Positions 1-9,996 of a stretch of 64,000 nt of DNA are shown one piece after another. The notes under the pieces were generated by a model. It was not told the DNA's origin. It searched no databases and was given only the letters and a program-made list of their open reading frames with translations. Location of the stretch: positions 24,178 to 88,177 of the forward strand of contig JACREZ010000040.1 of assembly GCA_016212665.1 (NCBI GenBank), given 5' to 3'. The translations under genes were made by a program, and so were the position numbers. Every line of letters starts with the position of its first letter. The stretch's first letter is position 1. This DNA comes from Ignavibacteriota bacterium (lineage in GTDB: Bacteria; Bacteroidota; Ignavibacteria; UBA10030; SZUA-254).

Positions 1-668
1 CATACGACAGGTCCTCGGGACTCGCCAGCGATTATGTGTTGTGCATGTTTCAGGACCGGGATGGATTCATTTGGTTTGGAACAGATAGGGGTGTGAGTAA
101 GTATGATGGAAGAGAATTCAGAACATACACACAACGAGACGGATTACCGGACAATTTTATTACCGCGATATTTCAGGATACTGAAGGATATATGTGGTTC
201 GGAACATACGAACGAGGCGTTGCACGCTTTGATGGAACATCATTTCAGGTGTATTCAACAAAGGAAGGATTGCGTGGAAATAGTGTCAGTAAAATTATCC
301 AGGATAGTAAGGGAAAAATTTATTTTCTGACAAATAACGGACCTTCCGTGTTATATCGAAACAGCTTCTCATCATTCCCTGTTGAAAATAAAACGTTGTA
401 TATGACCATGAATGATGATGGAAACGTTGTCCTTCATTCTAATAAATATCTCTATACATTTCTACCCTGCACCGACTGGAATACTTTCTCACTGTTTTCA
501 AACACGGTGAGCATAAGAATTTCAATCTCCGGGAGTAATTCTTTCAAGATGATGGTTGTTTCAATTCCGGACATTTTCGGAAGTTCTATATCCATGAGAA
601 CAATATTCGGAAGTTTACTCGGCGGCATTCTTCGCAAGCCCTCAATTGCCGCCTCACCCGTTGCATAA
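1..668 (+). CDS. Two-component regulator propeller (Reg_prop) repeat protein, 5'-partial (runs off window start); 3' end uncertain
   Basis: Frame is open from base 3 ('…GLASDYVLCMFQDRDGFIWFGTDRGVSKYDG…'). Repeated 'GLxxNxVxxIxQDxxGxxWFGT' units are typical of Reg_prop beta-propeller repeats. The last ~60 codons lie antisense to the receiver gene and do not look genuine. Confidence 0.5.
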   Translation, partial: YDRSSGLASDYVLCMFQDRDGFIWFGTDRGVSKYDGREFRTYTQRDGLPDNFITAIFQDTEGYMWFGTYERGVARFDGTSFQVYSTKEGLRGNSVSKIIQDSKGKIYFLTNNGPSVLYRNSFSSFPVENKTLYMTMNDDGNVVLHSNKYLYTFLPCTDWNTFSLFSNTVSIRISISGSNSFKMMVVSIPDIFGSSISMRTIFGSLLGGILRKPSIAASPVA

Positions 669-766
669 TCCGCAACGAGGTGAATATCGGGATAGAACGC
701 AAACTGTTGCCGAAAGTTTTTTCGGAGTGATGAATTGTCTTCTACAAGCGCTACGCGGATTTCCAT
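452..766 (-). CDS. Response-regulator receiver (CheY-like) domain, truncated at 104 aa, possibly a gene remnant
   Basis: Receiver hallmarks are present: 'IRVALVEDN…', 'IVLMDIELPKMSG', 'ILMLTVF'. The ORF stops where an output domain should follow, and all frames downstream are closed. Confidence 0.5.
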   Translation of the reverse strand: MEIRVALVEDNSSLRKNFRQQFAFYPDIHLVADYATGEAAIEGLRRMPPSKLPNIVLMDIELPKMSGIETTIILKELLPEIEILMLTVFENSEKVFQSVQGRNV

Positions 767-869
767 TACACTCTCAAGTTAGAAGAATGTACCGGTTACG
801 CAATACCCCATTCGTGGTATTTTGTTCGGTGAACTTCTGGTGAAATAAATCCAACAGTATCAAACATCG

Positions 870-1538
870 TTACAATCCTAACCGATGAAGCACATAATTC
901 AGATTGTCTTTCAAACCTAATTGATAACCGAAGCGACCAACGGTTCCTCTTCCTTCGTGTCGGATATAATCAAGCACTGGAAAATGAATGAGCGAAAAAT
1001 TTTGCTTCGCCGCCGCTCGCATCGTTTCCAAACAAGGACTTCCGTGTTTCCGAAACGGAGGAAGTTGTTTGTAGTTTTGTCTGTGAACGAGCATACAAAA
1101 CGGTCGAATGTAAGGAATTGCATTGTTCGATTCCTCAACATCAAATCCGCGTTTATTCATGAAAATTTTCTTTCCTACGGCAAATACATTCTTTTCTTGT
1201 TCTGCGAGTTCAAGCATCTGTTCCATAAACCCTCCTTGCATAACTTCGCAATCAGAATCGAGAAAGAATATATACTTTGAATTTCCTTGCCGAAGCATTG
1301 CATCCATCGCCGGACCGTGATGTATATTCTTGGGAAAATTTACAATAGAAATTTGTTCGGGATGAGAGCGTTGAATTTCAGCAAAAAGCGATTGACTGTT
1401 ATCCCGCGAGCCATTGTCAACAATCGTAACCGGAACCTTAGAGTAGAACTTGTGAAATGAGTTGAACGCCTGAAGAGTTAAATCGGGTGTTTGATAATTG
1501 ATGATGACAAGAACACAGGTTGTTTCAGCCGCGTTCAT
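870..1538 (-). CDS. Glycosyltransferase family 2
   Basis: 'CVLVIINYQTPDLTLQ…TIVDNGSRDNS…FFLDSDCEV' is the GT2 (DxD) Rossmann signature. It overlaps the upstream propeller gene by 4 bp. Confidence 0.75.
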   Translation of the reverse strand: MNAAETTCVLVIINYQTPDLTLQAFNSFHKFYSKVPVTIVDNGSRDNSQSLFAEIQRSHPEQISIVNFPKNIHHGPAMDAMLRQGNSKYIFFLDSDCEVMQGGFMEQMLELAEQEKNVFAVGKKIFMNKRGFDVEESNNAIPYIRPFCMLVHRQNYKQLPPFRKHGSPCLETMRAAAKQNFSLIHFPVLDYIRHEGRGTVGRFGYQLGLKDNLNYVLHRLGL

Positions 1539-3847
1539 TTTCTTACGACCGCCACTTTTCCTTTCCCAACCGCGGTACCATCTTTGGAAAACGCGGCGAC
1601 AATGTACACGCCGCTCGCAACAACATTTCCTTCTTCATCCAACCCGTCCCAAAATCCTACTCTGCCACCGGGCGTGGATATTTCTTTTACCAAATTTCCG
1701 GAGACTGTAAATACTTTGAGCGTTGAACCTTCAACGAGTCCGTCAATTGTCAGTTCGCTCGATGATGGAAGTAAAAACGGATTGGGGAATATTTTTAACT
1801 CACCGAACGATGGGACAGGCGCAACGGCAGGAGTTGTAAGCGTGGCAAGCCCTGCCTCCGTTGAGAAATACAACGTTCCCGTATTGTTATCAATGGTCAA
1901 AGAAGAAACTCTGTCATCCGGTAATTTCCCTTGTGTTGATTCGACCGTGAAATGTTCCAACACCGTCGTTCCATCGGGAGACCAGAGATAGACGCCTTGT
2001 TCCGTTGCAACCCACTTTTGATTGAGCGGGTCAACCAAAATATCGTTCACACGTTTTCCGCTCAAAGGATGATACGGAAGAATTCGATACGGAACTGCCG
2101 GGTCAACAATAATATTGATTCCCTGATTCGTACCGACCCATAAACTTCCATCATTATCAATGGCGACCGCAGTAACTTCATTGTCGGTCAATCCGTCGCG
2201 GTCTTTCGTGATGATTCCCCACCCTGTTGATGCGTCAATGCGTCGCGGCAACCGTTTCGTTTCATCATAAAAAACAAGCCCGGGAGAACTGTTTTCCGTT
2301 ACGGAAAGAGAGGTGAACCATTTCGTTCCATGGTTATCCATAATGATATTGGTCAGTATCGGCAATTTCGAACCGGTCGGATAATTTGCATAGCGAAACG
2401 TCCGGGTGCCGGGAGAGTATATCGCGAGCAAATTTCTATCGGCGGCTGAGCGAATGTTAATCCAAGCGTCTCCGCTTCTATCAACAACAACTCCGGTAAC
2501 GACAACAAACGTCCGATTGTTATGTGCGTTCTCCGTGTAAAAAAGCCCGTTTGTTGAATTGAAAATATGTTGGACGGAATTGTTTGCATCGAGATGGACA
2601 ACTCCTTCGCCGAACATGCTCACCCATTTCGAGTTATCGCTTCCGATATCAATCTGATAGGCGTAGCGTGCGCCGTTGAGCGACGGCAATGTTTGCGGAG
2701 TGAATGTTCGCCATGTATCGCCATTAAAACTAATGAATCCTTCGCCGCTTGCCTGTCCCGTACCCGACCAAAAAACGCTTTTGTCATCAACAGCCATTCC
2801 GAAAAATTTATTGACAGGTGGACCGGGAGGAATGATCTTTTGCCAATCTATTCCAAGAGGTCTCAGTAATACCGAAGTGTTAATAAACAAACCGTTATTA
2901 GTTGAACCAAGGACATCCATTTTCCCAATTGATGTTAGTTTTGAAGGGAAGTCGGACGCCAATATTCTGAAGTCTCCACTGGTATAAATCCAATATTCAT
3001 TGTCGGTTAGAAAGAAAATAGAAGGAGTTCCGATTAATCCTAAGTCTGAGTTGGTCGAAAGAGCAGTAATATCTTTGCCGGATGTTTCTGAAAGAGTATT
3101 CCAAGAAACTCCGTTAAAATAAACAATACCAAGAGATGTTGCAGCAAAAAGTGTATCATTGGAACAAGTAATATCCCGAATGGCGATTGAAGGTAAACCG
3201 TTGTTCATCACCTGCCATGAACTTGGCTCGGAAGGATTCGGATTTGTCATCGGCGTCGAAGCAATTCCGCTTGACGTCCCTACCCAAAACCTGTTATTGA
3301 AAATTTCAAACGAGGTGACTTTGCCTGTGAGTTGTGGTGAAGTTCCGAATCGACGGTAGGAATCACCAAATTCATTTCGTGAAACGAAAAACACACTTAC
3401 GCCAATATCGGAAAGTATGAACAACGAATCACCTGAAACATAGAATGAATTGATTCGCTTTGTCGGTTCATCCGTCATCGAAGCAATTCCGGCAACATAA
3501 TTCCATTCACGGTGGCGCGGGTTAAAGGATTGAACAAATCCGTTCGAGGCGCCAATCCAGATATTTCCGTTTTCATCCGCAGTTATTGCGGTCAAATCAA
3601 TTGTGCGCAAACCTTCGGAGGTTGTAAACTGCTCAAAATTTTTATCGGTAAGATTGTAGGAGAAAAGCCCGCCGCTTGTTGCCGCCCAAACGACATTATC
3701 AACTACTACAACATCCCGCACTTCTTTTTTTGATGTGTAGTTTTTCCATTTGCCGATGTTTCCGCCGTATGAACATTCAACAAAAAATAGGATGAACAGA
3801 ACTGCGCTGAAAGGACGCAGATACGCGAGCAAGAAGTTATATTTCAT
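1535..3847 (-). CDS. Secreted beta-propeller (Reg_prop-repeat) protein with T9SS C-terminal sorting domain
   Basis: N-terminal signal peptide 'MKYNFLLAYLRPFSAVLFILFF'. Many 'WxATxxGLxxY' propeller repeats. C-terminus 'LKIFPNPFLLPSSSELTIDGL…GVYIVAAFSKDG' is a T9SS CTD. Confidence 0.75.
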   Translation of the reverse strand: MKYNFLLAYLRPFSAVLFILFFVECSYGGNIGKWKNYTSKKEVRDVVVVDNVVWAATSGGLFSYNLTDKNFEQFTTSEGLRTIDLTAITADENGNIWIGASNGFVQSFNPRHREWNYVAGIASMTDEPTKRINSFYVSGDSLFILSDIGVSVFFVSRNEFGDSYRRFGTSPQLTGKVTSFEIFNNRFWVGTSSGIASTPMTNPNPSEPSSWQVMNNGLPSIAIRDITCSNDTLFAATSLGIVYFNGVSWNTLSETSGKDITALSTNSDLGLIGTPSIFFLTDNEYWIYTSGDFRILASDFPSKLTSIGKMDVLGSTNNGLFINTSVLLRPLGIDWQKIIPPGPPVNKFFGMAVDDKSVFWSGTGQASGEGFISFNGDTWRTFTPQTLPSLNGARYAYQIDIGSDNSKWVSMFGEGVVHLDANNSVQHIFNSTNGLFYTENAHNNRTFVVVTGVVVDRSGDAWINIRSAADRNLLAIYSPGTRTFRYANYPTGSKLPILTNIIMDNHGTKWFTSLSVTENSSPGLVFYDETKRLPRRIDASTGWGIITKDRDGLTDNEVTAVAIDNDGSLWVGTNQGINIIVDPAVPYRILPYHPLSGKRVNDILVDPLNQKWVATEQGVYLWSPDGTTVLEHFTVESTQGKLPDDRVSSLTIDNNTGTLYFSTEAGLATLTTPAVAPVPSFGELKIFPNPFLLPSSSELTIDGLVEGSTLKVFTVSGNLVKEISTPGGRVGFWDGLDEEGNVVASGVYIVAAFSKDGTAVGKGKVAVVRK

Positions 3848-3976
3848 ATTACGCTAACAGAAATTATTTTCAATGGAACAATCATTTTCCCGGATTCCAA
3901 ACGTCGAACAGTTCAGTTCACCAGAGCAAACCGGAAAGAATGTTTAATTAGTATCTATCGTGCGTAACAAGGTTCA

Positions 3977-4453
3977 TTATTTTTTCTTGGATAATTTTTT
4001 GAAAACGTCGGCAAGTTCAATAGCGGCGAGTGCTGATTCCCAACCTTTGTTTCCGCTCTTTGCGCCTGCCCGTTCGATTGCCTGTTCGAGCGAGTCGGTT
4101 GTCAGAACTCCGAACACGACCGGTGTTTGCGATGTGAGAGCGATGCGGTTGATACCGGCGCTGACAGCATTCGCAATGTATTCAAAGTGCGGAGTTTCTC
4201 CGCGTATGACACAGCCGAGACAAATGACGGCGTCATACTTATCACTCTGCACAAGTTGAAGCGCAAGTTGCGGGATTTCAAATGCGCCGGGGCATCGAAC
4301 AACGTCAACGGCATTTTCTTTCGCTCCGTGACGCGTCAGGCAATCGAGCGCGCCATCGAGCAATCGCCCGGTAATAAATTCATTAAACCGGCTGACAACA
4401 ATTCCGAAGCGGAACGGTGTCGCCGAGAGATTTCCTTCAATTATATTTGCCAT
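3977..4453 (-). CDS. ribH: 6,7-dimethyl-8-ribityllumazine synthase
   Basis: '[20 protein letters not shown]…[11 protein letters not shown]…[19 protein letters not shown]' is the canonical RibH sequence. Start placed at the ATG 'MANIIEG'; the tracked GTG at 4471 abuts the upstream stop. Confidence 0.9.
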   Translation of the reverse strand: MANIIEGNLSATPFRFGIVVSRFNEFITGRLLDGALDCLTRHGAKENAVDVVRCPGAFEIPQLALQLVQSDKYDAVICLGCVIRGETPHFEYIANAVSAGINRIALTSQTPVVFGVLTTDSLEQAIERAGAKSGNKGWESALAAIELADVFKKLSKKK

Positions 4454-4471
4454 TGTGTTTCTTTCGTTCAC

Positions 4472-5308
4472 TTACATAAGTTTGTTTCTGTGTAGTTGCT
4501 GTCTCATTCGCTCGACAGCGTGCGGAGAAATTCCGACCTGACCGAAATTCTTCTCGTCGCCGCGTAATCCGCCGTGAAAATCCGAACCGCCGCTTTCTAA
4601 CAAGAAATATTCGTTTGCAATTCCCCGATAATAATGCTGTGTTTCCTGATTGTGGCTCGGATGCACAACTTCAATTCCGTCAATTCCTGTCTTGAAGAGA
4701 TTAGCCAGTTCTTTTTCTGTGAAGTTTTTGCCCGGATGCGCCAGGAACATTAATCCTCCGGCTCTGGAAATTACTTCGACTGCTTTCTCCAACGGAAACT
4801 CCTGTTTCTTTTCGTATGCAGGTCCGTTGTCGTAAATGTACTTATTAAACACTTCACTGTACGAACCGACGAGTTTTTTTTCAACCAGCGCTTCGGCGAT
4901 ATGAGGACGGCACACGACACCGTTTGCCGCTTTCTCCATAACATCATTGAGTGTAACGGGAAGATTCATGGTGTTGAGTTTTTTCACCATCTTCTCTGCT
5001 CGTTGGATTCGCTGAACGCGGAACAATTCCAGGCAAGAACAAAGTTCAGCGTTGTGTTGGTCGAAACAATAAGCGAGCAGGTGAATTTCCTGATGATTCC
5101 ACGAGACGCTCATTTCGATTCCCGTAAGAACGGAAACGCCTAATTCCTTTCCGCGTGTTTGCGCGCGTTCAACTCCTTCGATTGTATCGTGGTCAGTGAT
5201 GCTGAGAATACTGATGCCCGATTCTTGCGCTTTCGCGACGAGTTGTTCGGGGGTCAGTGCGCCGTCTGAACAAGTCGTGTGTGTGTGTAAGTCGGCAATT
5301 GGATGCAT
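4472..5308 (-). CDS. PHP-domain metal-dependent phosphoesterase (TrpH/YciV-like)
   Basis: 'IADLHTHTTCSDGALTPEQLV…ISILSITDHDTIEG' is the PHP His-motif I/II pattern. Confidence 0.8.
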   Translation of the reverse strand: MHPIADLHTHTTCSDGALTPEQLVAKAQESGISILSITDHDTIEGVERAQTRGKELGVSVLTGIEMSVSWNHQEIHLLAYCFDQHNAELCSCLELFRVQRIQRAEKMVKKLNTMNLPVTLNDVMEKAANGVVCRPHIAEALVEKKLVGSYSEVFNKYIYDNGPAYEKKQEFPLEKAVEVISRAGGLMFLAHPGKNFTEKELANLFKTGIDGIEVVHPSHNQETQHYYRGIANEYFLLESGGSDFHGGLRGDEKNFGQVGISPHAVERMRQQLHRNKLM

Positions 5309-5359
5309 ACATTCCTCCCCGCGTTCTTACCGTTGTAACTCAATGCTATCACAACAGCA

Positions 5360-6085
5360 CTACAGGTATAGACTTTTGAATTTTTCATAGTCATTAATGA
5401 TAAGTTTGTTTCCTTGAAGTTCCACGTGACCTTTTTTAATAAACTGATGCAACATGCGCGAAATTGTTTCACGCGAAGTTCCTGCCATGTTGGCAAGGTC
5501 TTGTTGCAACGGCAACTCATCAATCTCGACGCGCCCTTTCCGAATCTTTCCGATATCATCCGCAATCTGGATGATGACATTTGCAACTCTGCCGTTTGCA
5601 TCTTTCAACGATAAGTTCTTAATCTGTGCATCTGCTTTTCTGAGTCGGGAGGTGAGTTCCCTGAGTAATGAAATCGCGACCGCGGGATATTCGTGCAACA
5701 ACTTGAGAAAATCCTGTCGGTGAATCATAAACAAATCTGTTTTCGTCGTAGCAACCGCTGTGGCAGAACGTGCCAATCCATCGAGGATTGCCATTTCTCC
5801 AAAGAAATCGTTTTCACCGAGAATGGAGAGAATCACTTCCCGTCCTTCATCATCGGTGCGGACAATTTTTATCTTGCCGGAGGCGATAATGAATAGCGCG
5901 GCGCCGGCTTCTTCTTCGAGAAGAATAATACTTCCCTTTTTATATTTTTTCCGAACGCCGACATGTACAATTCGTGCAAGTTCGGATTGGTCAATATCTC
6001 CGAAAATGGGAACGTTACGGAGAATTTTAATCGTCTCCGCTACTTCAGGAGTTATTGGCGGAAACGGTTGCGTAGTAAAAGCCAT
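5360..6085 (-). CDS. Crp/Fnr-family transcriptional regulator
   Basis: cNMP-binding beta-roll 'GSIILLEEEAGAALFIIASGKIKI…GENDFFGEMAIL' followed by a C-terminal HTH 'QQDLANMAGTSRETISRMLHQF'. Confidence 0.85.
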   Translation of the reverse strand: MAFTTQPFPPITPEVAETIKILRNVPIFGDIDQSELARIVHVGVRKKYKKGSIILLEEEAGAALFIIASGKIKIVRTDDEGREVILSILGENDFFGEMAILDGLARSATAVATTKTDLFMIHRQDFLKLLHEYPAVAISLLRELTSRLRKADAQIKNLSLKDANGRVANVIIQIADDIGKIRKGRVEIDELPLQQDLANMAGTSRETISRMLHQFIKKGHVELQGNKLIINDYEKFKSLYL

Positions 6086-6287
6086 GAATGACCTCGATAG
6101 TTCTTTTATTGATTACTTCATTGGACGAAAACAAGTGCCACAATATAAGGCAGTGCGTGTTGAAAATCAAGGAAAAATTGTAGAGAAATTTCTTTTTGTC
6201 GGTTCTTCTTTTTCTTTGTGAAAATTATCGGGTTTCGATTGTGTCTTAGTGGAGTTTTCCTTATTTTCCACACCTTAAAATCAGGAA

Positions 6288-8720
6288 ATGACTATGCGAA
6301 ACTCACTTTTTCTCCTACTTCTCTTCATTCTTGTTGTCGGCACCTGTTATACAGGCGATAACCCGAAATCCATTCGTGCGGTACGAACACCTTCCGCTCC
6401 GAATATTGATGGAGTTCTCTCTGACGAAGTTTGGAAACTCACCGAACCCGTGACCGATTTTACCCAGCGCGACCCCTCCGAAGGACAACCGGCAACCGAG
6501 CAAACAGAAATTCGTGTTCTCTATGATGAGAACGCTCTCTATTTCGCATGTATGTTTTTTGATTCTGAGCCGGACAAAATCGTGTCACGGCTTACTCGCC
6601 GCGATAATGAAATAGAATATGACCGCGGTTCTATCCGGATTGATTCGTACCATGACCACCAAACATCGTTCGAGTTTACCTTCAATCCTGCCGGAGTGAA
6701 GATTGATATTCTTCAGTATGATGATGCCAATCGAGAAGATGCGTCGTGGGATGTTGTGTGGGACCTCGAAACAAAAATTCTTCCGAACGGTTGGTCTGCT
6801 GAAGTAAAGATTCCGTTTCATGTTCTTCGATATAGAACAGAAGAAGGTGATACATCTGAACAGGATTGGGGAATAAATTTTCTTCGGTACATCAGCAGAA
6901 AACAGGAATCAACATGGTGGGCATTTCATCCGAAGAGCCAGAGCGGATTTGTTTCCCGCTTCGGTCATCTCAAAGGATTATCTGACTTACCCGTTCCGCG
7001 ATACATCGAATTGCTACCATTCGTCGTCGCCAGACATTCATCTCAGCCAGCATCATCAATAAGAAAAACGAATAATAAATTTATCGGTGATGCCGGATTG
7101 GATTTACGGTATGGAATCACTTCCAACTTCACGCTCGACCTCACTATCAATCCCGACTTCGGACAGGTTGAAGCCGACCCGGCAGTTTTGAATCTCTCAA
7201 CATTTGAAACGTTCTATCCTGAGAAGCGCCCCTTCTTTATTGAAGGAACACAAATTATTCGCTTCTCAACGTTCGGCGGAGATTTTGGTCCCGGCATGTT
7301 TTATTCACGTCGCGTCGGGCGTGCAATTTCTCCAGATGAAGTCAACCTTTCCGATATTCAAACAATTGACAACATTCCATCAAACGTAACAATCTTAGGA
7401 GCGGCAAAAATTACAGGGAAAACAAACTCCGGTTTGTCGGTAGGAATCATGCAAGCTCTTACTCAGGAAGAATCCGCAACGCTCATTGATACTTCCGGAC
7501 ATACAACCGAACAAATTGTCGAACCGTTCGCCCATTACGGAATATTGAGAATGAAACAGGATGTTCTTGAAAATTCCAATGTTGGATTCATTCTCACTTC
7601 GGTTGAAAAAGAACAACGTTACCCCGCGTTCACAGGCGGATTAGACTGGAACTTGAAATTCGACAACAGCACATATCAACTCGATGGGTTTCTCTCTCTT
7701 ACTCACACCACAAACAGAGAGCTCGACCGCATCACCGGCTCCGCTGGACGAGTCACATACGCGAAAATCGGTGGAGAGCATTGGCTCTGGTCGGTTGACC
7801 TTGATTTCACAAGCAAGAAATTCAACATCAACGACATCGGATTTTTCCGTCGCCCAAATGATTGGGGAAGTGTTGCAACGCTGACCTACAAAGAAGAAAA
7901 ACCGGCGAAAGTAATTCGAAACTACAACGTCGGATTGTTTTTGCATGAGCGAAGAAATTTTGATGAAGTGAATTTGTTCAGAGAAGCAAACCTCGGCACG
8001 GAATTTCTTTTTACAAATTACTGGAATGTAGAATTAAGCGGCGGCATTGAAGCGGGGTTGTATGACGATAGGGAAACTCGCGGAAACGGTTTGTATCGTA
8101 AACCAATAACGTACAATGCATCCTTCGACATTTCAACAGACCATCGAAACGATGTTATCGTTGCCTTTGAACAAAAAGCAAGTTCCAACAGCAAATCTGC
8201 AACACGAGCAGAAACTGAACTCCGGTTGTTGCTCAAACCTGTTTCGTGGATGGAATTTGAATTTGAATCCGAGGCAAGTCGTACCCGTGGATTCGAAGCA
8301 TGGTTAACAAATCTACCCGGGACAGGCATAAGTATTTTCGGAGACCGGAACATTGATGAAATGAATCTGACGCTCAGAAGCACTATCACCTTCACACGCG
8401 ATTTGACATTACAACTCTATGGACAATATTTCAGCGCAAAAGGATACCATGAAAATTTTCGTGAACTTGTCGGCACCTCTGATTTTGTTCCCACACTCAT
8501 TGCTGTCAATCAGGATTTCGTTGCGCAGTCATGGCATTCCAATGTTGTGCTTCGTTGGGAATATTTACCCGGAAGTACGTTATTTTTTGTTTGGTCTCAA
8601 GCGAGGGAAGACGAATCGTCGGATTATCTTCAGACATTCAAAAATGATTTTTACGATGCATTTCGCATACCTTCCTCAAATGTACTCTTGCTCAAAGCAA
8701 GCTATTATTTAGGTTTGTGA
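6288..8720 (+). CDS. DUF5916 / CBM9-like-domain outer-membrane-associated protein
   Basis: Signal peptide, then 'APNIDGVLSDEVWK…IRVLYDENALYFACMFFDSEPDKI…RDNEIEYD…IDSYHDHQTSFEFTFNPAGVKID' matches the N-terminal CBM9-like region of the ~800-aa DUF5916 family. Confidence 0.65.
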   Translation: MTMRNSLFLLLLFILVVGTCYTGDNPKSIRAVRTPSAPNIDGVLSDEVWKLTEPVTDFTQRDPSEGQPATEQTEIRVLYDENALYFACMFFDSEPDKIVSRLTRRDNEIEYDRGSIRIDSYHDHQTSFEFTFNPAGVKIDILQYDDANREDASWDVVWDLETKILPNGWSAEVKIPFHVLRYRTEEGDTSEQDWGINFLRYISRKQESTWWAFHPKSQSGFVSRFGHLKGLSDLPVPRYIELLPFVVARHSSQPASSIRKTNNKFIGDAGLDLRYGITSNFTLDLTINPDFGQVEADPAVLNLSTFETFYPEKRPFFIEGTQIIRFSTFGGDFGPGMFYSRRVGRAISPDEVNLSDIQTIDNIPSNVTILGAAKITGKTNSGLSVGIMQALTQEESATLIDTSGHTTEQIVEPFAHYGILRMKQDVLENSNVGFILTSVEKEQRYPAFTGGLDWNLKFDNSTYQLDGFLSLTHTTNRELDRITGSAGRVTYAKIGGEHWLWSVDLDFTSKKFNINDIGFFRRPNDWGSVATLTYKEEKPAKVIRNYNVGLFLHERRNFDEVNLFREANLGTEFLFTNYWNVELSGGIEAGLYDDRETRGNGLYRKPITYNASFDISTDHRNDVIVAFEQKASSNSKSATRAETELRLLLKPVSWMEFEFESEASRTRGFEAWLTNLPGTGISIFGDRNIDEMNLTLRSTITFTRDLTLQLYGQYFSAKGYHENFRELVGTSDFVPTLIAVNQDFVAQSWHSNVVLRWEYLPGSTLFFVWSQAREDESSDYLQTFKNDFYDAFRIPSSNVLLLKASYYLGL

Positions 8721-8723
8721 ATA

Positions 8724-8757
8724 AGAAAGGCGACTGAGGAGTGACTCAGCCGCCTTG
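8724..8757. terminator. Bidirectional hairpin between convergent genes
   Basis: 'AAGGCGACTGAGgagtgACTCAGCCGCCTT' is an 11–12-bp near-perfect inverted repeat between the stops at 8720 (+) and 8791 (-). Confidence 0.45.
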
Positions 8758-8790
8758 TTCGGAGGGTATATGTGTCTGGTCTATCTACAT

Positions 8791-9996
8791 TTATGGTCTT
8801 CGTCTTCCGCCGGAGTGTGATTCGCGTTGCGGCGCTTCTCTTTTCGGTTGGGGGGCGCGTTCGATTCGTTGCGGCGGATTAGTGCGACCACCGGTTTCAA
8901 ATCTTCGTTCGGTCCGTTGTGTTTCAGTTCTCCGTTCTGTTTGACTTTCACGTCGCTGGATTTCCCGCCGCTCCTGTCTTTGATATGAACGATTGACATC
9001 TGTTTGCCGGTTGTCGCGCAACCGTTCTTTTTGCTCGTACGTTTCGCGCTGAACCTGTCTGTCGCGTTGCACTTCATATCTTCTGTTCGGAACATATTCA
9101 CGGCGAACGGATTCCTCTGTTCCCTCGGTTCGTGTTTTCGAATCTCTGCCTTCGTATCGTTCACCGGTAACAGGTTCGCGTCGCTGATACTCGCGTTGAA
9201 CGTTTGAACTTCGTTCGCGTTGTTGCCGCATTTCTGTTTCCCGCAATGCACCTTCGACACGGGGACGATACACTTCAAGCCGTTGTCGTCCTTCACTTCG
9301 TATGAATTGTTCGCCCTCGCCGCGGTCACGCCCGACAACTTCTGTTCGTTCGATGCGTGAACGTGTTCGCCGTTCAACAAATCCAACATCAACTCCCCGA
9401 TTCATCACACGGTCGCCGTCTGCTTCAATAGTTCGTACACTTCGTGTACTTCCGAAAAATCTTCGCGTTCGTTCAACCGGCTGAATATAATTGTTAATCG
9501 TTACGGAAGTAAAACTTCTGCATGGAACAAAGTTCCAGTAATGTATGGGCGCATTCCAACCGGCATCAAACGAGAACCCGAAGGAAAAACTGAAGCGGGC
9601 AATTGGAGGTAACGGCGCCCAACCGATATAATCGTCGCTGTAACGCCACTCGACCCACGCTGGTCCCCACACATCATCAGGAATCCAAATCCATCCATAG
9701 TAATCATCGTATTGCCAGCGACCATAGTGAAACGTTGCCCAACCAAATGGTTCGCTTGAAAGCCAGTACCAGCCGTAATCTGTCCACACCCATCTGCCAT
9801 GCAAGTAGGGTCTCCACCCGTGTTGAACGTGCACCGGGCGCCAGACATTTCCATATGAACAATCAACCCACTCACCGTATTGCGAGAGCGAAGAATAAAA
9901 CACGGAAAAACCGCCGCCAAACTTGGAGTGAGCATTTGCACCGGAGATTCCGAGTAGCAGGGTTATTAATGTCGTAAAGAGTATTAACCGTTTCAT
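8791..9996 (-). CDS. Hypothetical secreted protein: Trp/Tyr/Gly-rich N-domain plus Arg/Glu/Gln-rich low-complexity C-terminal tail
   Basis: Signal peptide 'MKRLILFTTLITLLLGISGANA'. N-half 'YGNVWRPVHVQHGWRPYLHGRWVWTDYGWYWLSSEPFGWATFHYGRWQYDDYYGWIWIP…WAPLPP'. C-half (~230 aa) is dominated by R/E/Q/T ('…RETEMRQQRERSSNVQREYQRREP…ERRTETQRTERRFE…'). Confidence 0.6.
   Translation of the reverse strand: MKRLILFTTLITLLLGISGANAHSKFGGGFSVFYSSLSQYGEWVDCSYGNVWRPVHVQHGWRPYLHGRWVWTDYGWYWLSSEPFGWATFHYGRWQYDDYYGWIWIPDDVWGPAWVEWRYSDDYIGWAPLPPIARFSFSFGFSFDAGWNAPIHYWNFVPCRSFTSVTINNYIQPVERTRRFFGSTRSVRTIEADGDRVMNRGVDVGFVERRTRSRIERTEVVGRDRGEGEQFIRSEGRQRLEVYRPRVEGALRETEMRQQRERSSNVQREYQRREPVTGERYEGRDSKTRTEGTEESVRREYVPNRRYEVQRDRQVQRETYEQKERLRDNRQTDVNRSYQRQERREIQRRESQTERRTETQRTERRFETGGRTNPPQRIERAPQPKREAPQRESHSGGRRRP

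Noticed and set aside
1491-1991. 166-aa plus-strand ORF
   Set aside because: It is antisense to the 770-aa T9SS propeller gene and low-complexity Ser/Pro/Thr-rich.
8781-9392. 203-aa ORF on the minus strand in an alternative frame
   Set aside because: It lies entirely inside the better-supported 401-aa signal-peptide gene (8791..9996) in another frame and has no recognisable features.
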